Origin: Bugula neritina
Lineage: Eukaryota; Animalia; Bryozoa
DNA length: 64,000 bases
Assembly: GCA_964035545.1 (NCBI GenBank)
Contig: OZ037765.1
Location: 11,604,698-11,668,697, forward strand
Reading direction: 5' to 3'
The notes under the pieces: model-generated
What the model was told of the DNA's origin: nothing
The model's input: the letters and a program-made list of their open reading frames with translations, nothing else
Databases searched by the model: none
In this document: piece by piece, positions 54,377-64,000 of the stretch
Position numbering within the stretch: the first letter of the stretch is position 1
Layout of the letters: every line of letters begins with the position of its first letter
Made by a program: the position numbers and the translations under genes

Positions 54377-56483
54377 GATGTATAACTTTGTGATTGTTTG
54401 AAATGTTTTCTTAATATTTTTTTAAACTAGCAACAACCGTACTATTATAGTTTATGTTTGACCCTTAATATAGAAATAGTATGTTTGGTGGGTTTAATGT
54501 TAAAAAATTATTCAACTAGCTAATTAAACATAATAGTTTAGTCCTGTAAGCCAAAATATCTTGTCGGGTTTGGAAAATTTGAAAGGCTGCAATTTTTTTA
54601 AAATCACTCAAAAAGGTTTGTATAATAAACCAATTGCTCTCTAAATACAAACCAAAAGTTATAAACTCAAGCTTAGCAAAAATGTACATCTCTACAGATA
54701 AAAGAAAATTGAAGTTTAATGCAAGTGTCTATTACATTATTGTTATAATTTTATGAAACTAAACAAGTTTTATTTCACTAATCATTGGAAAAAATTATTA
54801 ACAAATTGTTCCTAAGTTAATGTTAAGTCAATCTTGTGTTGGAAAATTTTATTCTCTGGTCATCTTATCCAACTTAATCTGTGAAAATGGACATTAGAAA
54901 ATCCAAACTGTCAGATTTAGATTACCTCTTCACATTTCCTATGACAGATGAACTTTTGACCTCTCAAGCTACTAATGTTCAACCCTTTTGATGATACTGA
55001 TGTGAATTAGGAGCCAACAGCTAAATGTGCCAAGTATAAAATATGCAAAAAAGGTATAGTAGAGTTGGCTGTTTTCTACAATCACTTTTTAATCTCTAAC
55101 CTTCTAGTTATTCACATATGTAGCTAAACTTATGGCATATAATATGTATGCTTATATATGTATATAACATGTGATTGTGCTAACAAATGTTTGCAGTGAA
55201 TGGAGTATGCTTCATTGTGTAATTGTTTAAATGGATGACTGCATTATATATAACTTAAAAACAATTTCCTGCTGCAGCTGTACCCATTTACTTGCTGCCT
55301 AAATAAAAAACAAATAGGTTGTGCAATGCTAAGTACATACAATACTTAGCTTTGCTCATCTCATCTGTATAAACTATGCTTATTCACTGAGATAATATAA
55401 ATATGAACATTGAACCTATTCCCTTTTCACTTGCTCTTCTGGATGCCACATTACTAGTCACTAAGTAGACATCTTAGAAGAGTGAGACATAATAATATAT
55501 AGTTATTCTATTGCCAGTTTCACTTCATAGTTGGCTCTAATGAGAAAATAATACTATAGAGCATTTAGCTGTTTAGTAGTTTGTGATTGTCAAATATAGA
55601 CTCTGAACTTATTTCTGTCATATAACAAAGATGATTAGTTATATACAGTCTGCAATACACTCTGATTCTACTTACTAGGACAGCTGGAGAGGTCATCAAT
55701 TGACGAGCTGGAACTCTTGTCAGGTTAGTTTGTATAACCACTTGAAAACTTTTTGGTTCCCGAAGTAAAGCCTTTCAAGGTGTTGGGAAATGAGAATAAT
55801 ATTATGTTATGTTGAATAATAATGCAGCCACCATATTGATGACTAGGTAAAAAAAAATTCAATCTGAAATTTGAGTACATGTGAATAAAATAGATCATGA
55901 TAGCAGAAATACAACATACAGATATTGTTATTCATTTTATGATACCAACTTAATAGCAATTTTAATTTTTTCATCTGTGAGGTTGAGCTATTGATGCTGG
56001 TAAAGTTCAATAGCTTCATGTACTCATGCATTAAGTAATTTATTTAAGAAATTAATTGATAACTTTAAATTAACAAAGCAGCCTTAGGTCTTATCTTCAA
56101 TTGATGTCCTAATTATCTTCAAGCAAACGGCACATCTAACTTGAAATCCTAAGCTTTGAGAAAGCCATATGTTTTATTATGCCTTTTTCTATGATAGCTA
56201 ATTTTATTTCTGGGTAGTGTTAAAAACAGCCTTTAGTTGAATGCCATGATTAAAAACATAAATTAGATCAATTTTTTAGTGGGGGCTCAAATTTTATGCT
56301 GTATCACATCAACTTCATAACTTTGGGCTGCAGCTGCTTGAATACTACAATGATTGCACATAGGCATGCAGATGACTCTACAGCAAGTTGTCAACAGCAA
56401 CGTGAAATGTATTCAGAAATGTGTGTTACAAACTGCTAAGCACATTTATTATAAATTATATGTGCAATTGTATGTTCAGCAGC

Positions 56484-59400
56484 ATGGAAGAGTATCGGCA
56501 AGGATTCGCTCTCCGGCATATCAATATTGTAAGAACTGCTGTAGGATTTGGATTTGTTATACGGCTTATTGTGGAGAAAGCCCCTCCTAGTCAAGGTACG
56601 TAGAATTAAACTCAGAAGCTATATTTTATTCTCTGCATATTTACTTGTTGAAACTGTAACAAAAAGCCCTATACCAAGTATTACTGAGGCTTCTGAATAG
56701 TAGTACTCAATTCAATAAATGTTTATGGCATCGTTTATCACATTGCAAAATACATATGTTGATTAATCACAAATTAATTTTATTAAAATTTACTAAAAGC
56801 AGTTGAAATTGCTGTTTTTAACCAACTGAATAGTTAATCTAACACATATATCAAGAGCACTATATAAAATAGAAATATGTAAAAAGCACTTACAAAATCA
56901 AACAAAATTTACTCATCTTTTTATTAGTGATATAGGAAAATCATGAAATAGTTTGCACGAACAGATTAAAAGCCATGTCTAGTTTTGCCCTTCTAGCTAG
57001 TCTAAATAATTGAAACTAATATGTTTTGACATGATATATAACTTACCTTTTGCCATCATATCAAAAACTGTTTAAAAGCAACTTGATGTGATTTAAACAA
57101 TTTATTTTTAAAAGCACAAAAAATATTAGCCCAAAAAGAAAATAACAACTGAAGTCTGTTTAATAATACTGTGAAGTATGGACTGACAGTATGCAACCTT
57201 GGTTTGAGTTTTTCAGCTGTTCTAATCTGGAGCGACCAAAATCTTCTCCGGCACTTTATACTTAAGTAAACTGTCACATTATTTTCATTACTGGTGCTAC
57301 TTCTACAAAAATACATCTGAGTTGTTTTTCATAAACATTAGTTATAGTTAAAGCAGCTATATTCACTTGTTTTACTTTTAGCTCATCTTGGGAGCATGAA
57401 AACATATTTTGTGGGTGACATCATAGCCAATACTAGTGCTGACAATGCTGACATGTGCACAGGTGACAGGATTGTTTCTATCAATGGAATTCCTGTTACT
57501 AACCTAAAAAATGATGCTGTACTTGCTATAGTAAAGGCCAGGTATGTGCGCTGCCAAAAGTCAATGCTCTATAGATACAAACTGCAAAGTTGCACTGAAA
57601 TGGAACTGATTAATTGCTATTTAGTATAAGTCATTTGTTTATACAGCAATACCTCACACATAAAGAATCTACTGAATTGACAGAAAATACTAAAACTAAC
57701 CTGTATGGTGCAAAAAAATATATAAATTTATCTTTAGTTTGAGATTTTGAATATTGTGATCACATATCAGTTTATAAGAGCATATTTTTCAAAAATCAAA
57801 TTTTCAATATCATGCTATCAGTATCTGACAAAGCTATAGGCCTACAAAGTGTTATTATCATGTATTATCCTTTTGAAGTTGTCTACTCACAAACAACTGT
57901 TTTCCCATAATAGTTGGAAAATTTTAGCTACAGAATCTGAAACTGTAAATATATTGGGTAGCATTTATACCAGTGAATATTGCAAGTGGTGTGTGCTATA
58001 CATATCAAGCGTAAAAATGTTTATGCCTACTTACTGTAGCATGCTTAAAAAGGAGAAATAAAAGAAAAAAAATTTAAAAGAAAGTTTTTTCTTATCAATA
58101 GAAGATTTAAATACTCTGATACAAAAAACCATACCTACAACTTTCTTTTTATTCAAATTCCTTTCCAATAGAATCAAGTTATATTTTGTGCAATTTTAGA
58201 AAGGTGAAACATATATGTAAAAGTTTTATAATTTCACATAATATATATTGTACCTGTAGAAAGATGTATTTCAAATAAATTTTGTTGTTGGTGTTTTTTT
58301 AGTGTGTTAAGACAAATATGATGTTATTAGTTCTATTACACATTCAAGTCCAGTAGCAGTAAAATTATAATGGTCTAATTTCATTAGTTTTTCTAAGGAA
58401 CTTTGGTTTGAGTCACATGTTGAAATTCTTGTGAGAAGATAACTTCTTTGGCTAAATTTCTCATTTAAAATGGTTTCATCTCACATAGACACTTTCCACT
58501 AAGATGCTTCCCAGTTAGACGCTATTTTTTATTTGAGTACCATATATACTATATTATAGTAATATACCTATTTATACCTATAGCTAATATGCTAATAGCT
58601 ATAACAGCTAATATGAATTATTTAGAACAATATTTCAATTTTCAGGATTTTTGTGGGACACAAACAGTAATACATTAATAATAAACATTATCTTTAATGA
58701 ATACTTATTAACGAAATATCTTTTCAAACAACAAGAGGTATAAAAATGCAAAATCAATAAATTATTACGGAACAAAGGAATTATGGGCTAAATAACAAGC
58801 AATTGATCCAAGTTTATATAAATATACATACATTTCAATAATATTCAAATAACTTGCACATAAAATATATATTATTGTACCAAAATAAATAAATAGCGTC
58901 TAATCAGGAAGCGTCCATGTGGGAATTTAGCCAAACGTCTAACTGGGATGACGCCTCTGAAACGTAGGCTTTTCCCAGTTCATCCATTACTGTACCTACC
59001 TCTTAGTTATAGAGTAGAATTACATTTTAAATCTAGGGCAAAATATATGTTTCTGATATAGGTGTTATATAGGCTAACCTAAACAATTTAATGTTGTAAG
59101 CCTATATATAACCATTTGTTTTGAGCAATTTTAGAGACTTTTAAAACAAGTTTATATGTAGAACTTAATTCTTAATTTGTAGTTTTATATCGCTTTCATT
59201 TCAACCTATTAAATGTTGCAGCACAAACTTGGATTTATTACTGATCCCATGTGGAACTGAGACTCTTGGAATGGTAAGTGTATATTGTATAAACTAACAT
59301 ATAAGTACAACCAATAGATCTATATATGGTTCAATTAAGTTTCGACTGAATGTAAAGGATGGAGCTCTGTAAAGATAAAATTTATAACAAAAGTTCCATA

Positions 59401-60108
59401 AATGCTGAAACACAGCAAATATAAGTAATATAGTAATTATATCTAAATAAACAGATTAAAAAGAATATTGAAATAAAATATTATATGTAGCTTTACTTTA
59501 GAGATGATATTAACATAATAATATGTTTGTGTGTTTTACAGTTATTAAGCCTGTTCCCTAAAGACAAATGTTTTTTGCCTATAACAGCTTCTTTCCCTCT
59601 CTCTTTTCAATTTACCCAATGGTGGTGTGAAGAGATCCTTTTTATGATACTAACTAATCAAGTTACCATTTGGTAACATGAGAAAGAAGATCTTTTGCAA
59701 CAATAAAAGGAAACTGAGAATATGTGTTATGCTGCCTTCAAACATAATTCTTCAATTTTTAAATTACTCAATTGCATAGGGGCTTTATACTAAGAGTTGC
59801 TTTTATTGATGCAGCATAACTTAATAACCATATTTCACATCATAATTTATATGGCTGATGCACAATTGATTATTGCATGTTAGTCAAGCAGTTAAAGTTA
59901 TCATGCATTTAATATGCTTGCAGTCAGCACAATGTAGACAGCTCCAATTAAGGAAGTCAAAATCAAAGTTATATGAGAAGAAACTTGGCTACTTTTCACA
60001 GCAACGTCTTCACTCAATATTAGGTATGGGCATATAAAATCCTGAGGAGTTTATGCTATTGATAATGTTATCTTGATATGTTCAGGGAGTTATATAACTC
60101 TCAACTAA
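56484..60108 (+). CDS. Small PDZ-domain protein (ARHGAP21/23-type PDZ), about 148 aa. Exons: 56484-56595, 57382-57541, 59222-59273, and tentatively 59924-60023 and 60086-60108
   Basis: Spliced translation: MEEYRQGFALRHINIVRTAVGFGFVIRLIVEKAPPSQAHLGSMKTYFVGDIIANTSADNADMCTGDRIVSINGIPVTNLKNDAVLAIVKASTNLDLLLIPCGTETLGM. The R-xxx-GFGF carboxylate loop and GDRIxxING are PDZ hallmarks. The start and the last two exons are less certain. AATAAA lies at 60193-60198. Confidence 0.7.
58446..58994. mobile_element. MITE-like fold-back element in an intron of the PDZ gene
   Basis: Inverted arms TTTGGCTAAATTT...GATGCTTCCCAGTTAGACGCTATTTTTTATTT and AAATAAATAAATAGCGTCTAATCAGGAAGCGTC...AATTTAGCCAAA. The right end ...CCATTACTG|TA resembles a Tc1/mariner terminus. 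The left terminus is unresolved. Confidence 0.6.
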
Positions 60109-63100
60109 ACTTTTATATTCCGATATGCTGGGAAATGTTATAATTACTGGAGGAAAGCAATGCCTTCGCCTTCTCAATGTGATATATCTTAGAATAAATC
60201 GAGCTTCAAAATTATTTTATGCAATTTTGAGCTTAATGCACTATGCACTAGTATATCAAAATATCTAATTATACATGCACATGCTAATTATAGTCTTATT
60301 AGTTCAATAAACCTACAGGCAAAGTTTGTTATGCAATATTTAATGGCAAGTTTTATATCTTTAACTTGTAAAGCTGGTAATAAAAATGATTTTTCAAAGT
60401 CTTATTAACGCAAATATTGTTATGAGTTTGCAATTTTCAACTAGAGCTTCTTACATACTCACCTTATATATTTATGAATATTCAGGTTGATTGAAATATT
60501 TACTGCTCATGAGTTATCTTTATTAATCCTTATCAGAATGTTGTTGATAAGATATATGACATATTTGCTACGTTATTGTAAAAACCTCTGTTTCTATACA
60601 TGTCACTTCCTTTTCTGTTCACCTCAGCCAAACTAGAATTTGCTTCATAAAACTTGCCTAAACTGGGTACAACTTCAATATCTGGCAACATTGTGAGCAT
60701 TACTTACAGCATTGATGCTCCTCTCAAAATTTCCAACTTGTATACTTTGAAGATATATTAGTCAGTTGTAAATGACCTAAGCTAGAAACTGTTTTTATTA
60801 CCTTTAAGAGTTGTCTTTTCAACAAGCTTTGACCAATAATTCGTGCTACTTACTGCTTTGTGCTGGATTATTCAGTTGTAATAAATATGAAGTTAATTTA
60901 ATATAATAGTATTTTTAACTTCCTACTTCATTTTATTTGCTACTTCAACTACAGGTTTTGAAACTACAACTGTTACAAGTAGTTTATCATAATATTTTAC
61001 TACCTGTTTTTATATTTCATTTCATCACTTTACTCTATTTTTCGTGAAACTGTCAAGTATTAAGCTAAATTCCCAGGTATTTAAAAGCACTTCACTCATA
61101 ATTAAACTTATATCAAAGATTTATTCGTACTGGAAACTTTAGTTACTTAAAAAGAAATAATTTATAGTAGCTTGTTGAAGGTATGGTTTAGCTTTGTATT
61201 GGCATAGTCATTGGCTATACTCATACACAACTCAGGGGCCTGCTTATGTAACAGCTATCTTTGCTTCTTCAATACCATATATGATATCTAAACACACATA
61301 TCAAAATTTGCTTTCTATTCTGTTGACAATATACCCACTTTAGACCAGCTGTAGCACCACTTCAGACTATCCACTGCCCACCATTATAACATTACTTTGC
61401 AGTACAAGTTCGCTGTGGTACAAAGTCTAATTATTTTCACCCTCCTATCACTAAACTTGCTAGCTATGAGTTATATGACCTGTGAAGTTAAGGTAATCTT
61501 AATCTTTATTCAAACCACCTCGAATAAAATTGTATGCCTTCAACTCTTTATCTACAATTTTATTGGTGTTGCACTTTAGCTTTTGCATTTCAAGTAGGTA
61601 CACTATGCATACACAGGTTCCAATACCTTCCTAGGTTTATGCTCTGTTATTGTGTTCTTATATTGACTCAATACTCTTTGATTACATCCACAGATTACTA
61701 ACTTAATAATTGAGAATAGGTGTTTGGTTGTTTGTAATTCATTTTTGATCTCACCATGAAGTTTTAATGCATACTAAGGGTAAGTTGAACATACTTTTAG
61801 AGTTGCTCATAATAGTAGGCTAATAGAGCTCATTAAATTAGCTAGTTCCTGATGTGTGCTTACAAGCAAATTACTTGTGATTTTATCTTAGTTCTCATGT
61901 TAATCACTTATAATTAAAGTATATAATATTTTTTTGTAAATAATAAGGGTTATCTCATTCTGGAATGAATCACTATTAGGCTTTTAAATTCTGCTGCTCT
62001 CAACCTTCACTAGTCGATCTTGTTATTTTACCTTGCTCACTTGTCTCAGGTATATAAGTTCTATGACTGCTCAATTTGCACCAACTCTCTGGGGGCCAAT
62101 CTGAGTTAAAAGTTTAATAATTGAGCATGTAGGTGTGCTGAATAAACAGGTTTAACTTATTTGTATTATATGCTAGAGATATTGATTATCCCTCTGGGAA
62201 AGTCTATTAACTAACAGGAAATTCAATTGCAAAGTATCTTTTGAACTGGCAGCGCACAATGCCTAGATAACTCTTAAAATAGGTTGTCGATTGTTTTTTC
62301 TGTATCATCTCCCCTGTCTAACTGACAGCTTAGTACTTTGACTGCATGGGTTATATATTATGAATATGCAACTTAGGCTCACTATCTGCTAAAACATTAT
62401 AGCTTCATATAAGTCATGTCAGTTCAACTTAATTACTAGCTGTGGAAGTCTGCATAATATTATACTTCGGCAAAGCTGCCACGTGATTAATGGCTCTGGT
62501 ATTAGAATTTTAATTATACACAATATAGCCATTCTTGAACCTCCTTCACTGCATCATTAATAGCCAGGCAATGTCCATGTAGCTTAAAGCATTATTGATT
62601 GGTGTGTGATGAATTGAAACTGACTATAATACTGGAATACTGTTGTTCTGTTACATTGAAAAGGTTTATTTACATCAGACTACAAATATAATGTACATTT
62701 TAGTTTTACTAAACCTGTAATACAATAATAAATGCTCTGTAATAGACAGTAGTGAGTCTGTACACAATATTTATCTATAGTTTATTTTGTGCATTGGTTT
62801 TGTGTGTAGCCATTATAGCTTCGCTATGCAGAACTTACTGCAGCAGGGGACACTGCCCTGCCTCACCCCAAACCCCAGGTCATAGTTTAAAATACTATGT
62901 AGATTGGCCTAGCAACTATGTTTTTTAACCCCAATCCCAAGTGTAGGATATAGACATTCAATCAATTTAAGAAATATCAAGTTTTCCACTAGTCTTGTGA
63001 TATTTCAACTATTAGGCTAGTTAAATTATTAAACTTATATGTATTGGAATTTCAAAGTACTACTATTTTTCTTTTGTCGAAATCACACATTGAATACCAG

Positions 63101-64000
63101 CAAAAACTGGTTTACATCTAAATACCAACATGTAGAAAAATGGTAAAGACTAAAGGGAAATATTGTACATTGTTTTTAATTTAAAATAATAATTAGTTAA
63201 ATTTTTTGACAATGAACTCTTTAATTATAAGAGTTCTTCTCTTTTTTATAGCTTAATTAATATGTTTTTGCAAACATGCAGCTAAGAGCTAAGTGGAGAT
63301 ATGCAAATGTTTATTTATATAATTATGATGTGTTCTACTTCAGTGAATAAACACTGAGTTTCAAATAGTTAGTTGAATAGTAGGCTACTAGCTGTAGAGT
63401 GTAAACTGTAGAGATTTCTGTCATAGCGCTTCGTACTCCTGAATGTGTGAGCTTAGTAAACTGTTGATGTCTACGAATGAACTAATTTCATGGCAATGAT
63501 TGACTTCATGAAGTGATGAAACGCATTTCTTCTTCAACAGCTAACTTGTGGCTATTTCAGTTGTCGAGTACTTGTTTTTTTTTTCAAGAAAATCTTGAAA
63601 ACTTGAAAGTTATTCTATGCAATTTTGTCAACATACTTTACATTTGGGGACATTAACATTGCAATTGTTGACATTGATGGTTAAACACAAGGAGATTGTG
63701 AAAGCATTTCTTAATAATTGCACACTGTTGAAAAGTTTGAGTCATTCTACACACTCATCATTAGAAACAACAAACCGGCACAGTTGAACTTTGGTGCAGC
63801 CTAGAATGAAATAGTGTGATAAAAACCTGGGAAAGGTGATGCAGGAGATATTTTAGAATAGATAAAGTTGTGATAAAGTTATTTCCCATTAGTTTGTATA
63901 ATATTAATTGTAATCATAAATCAATAAGATATGGTGACACAGTGGTTACTGCAGTTTTGATGATTTAAAATGTAAATTGACTAAGGTTCTTTGTTGCTAC

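Noticed and set aside
59542-59676. Alternative terminal exon for the PDZ gene
   Set aside because: It is in phase and open for 44 codons after a good acceptor, but the composition is intron-like with no recognisable motif. It cannot be supported without transcripts.
60500-64000. Further gene or LINE in the last 3.5 kb
   Set aside because: I found no consistent exon chain or recognisable protein motif on either strand.

Overview
AT-rich, intron-rich eukaryotic (invertebrate-like metazoan) DNA with no prokaryotic features. Gene order: (1) eRF1/ETF1 on the - strand, 9 coding exons visible and the last exon off the left edge; (2) a divergently transcribed 3-exon ZIP (SLC39A3-like) metal transporter; (3,4) two intact, tandem, head-to-tail ABCA3-like full transporters, each with 29 coding exons (about 1758 and 1764 aa by manual splicing); (5) a small spliced gene with an ARHGAP21/23-type PDZ domain. 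Mobile elements include a hAT MITE with an 8-bp TSD, a 1.7-kb decayed pogo/Tigger element, an RTE LINE fragment, a tRNA-like SINE head and fold-back elements. Four observations stand out. The two ABCA paralogs are an exon-scale mosaic: ATPase-core exons and some flanking intron are near-identical while neighbouring exons are heavily diverged at silent sites, which suggests patchy gene conversion. Strand-symmetric 6-bp-periodic ACT/AGT tracts lie next to the inferred 5' ends of four genes. A possible 48-nt intron in the ZIP leader would switch two uORFs into an in-frame N-terminus. Both ABCA copies have a symmetric microexon at the same position. All exon boundaries were inferred by hand from GT/AG sites and reading-frame continuity, without transcript data.
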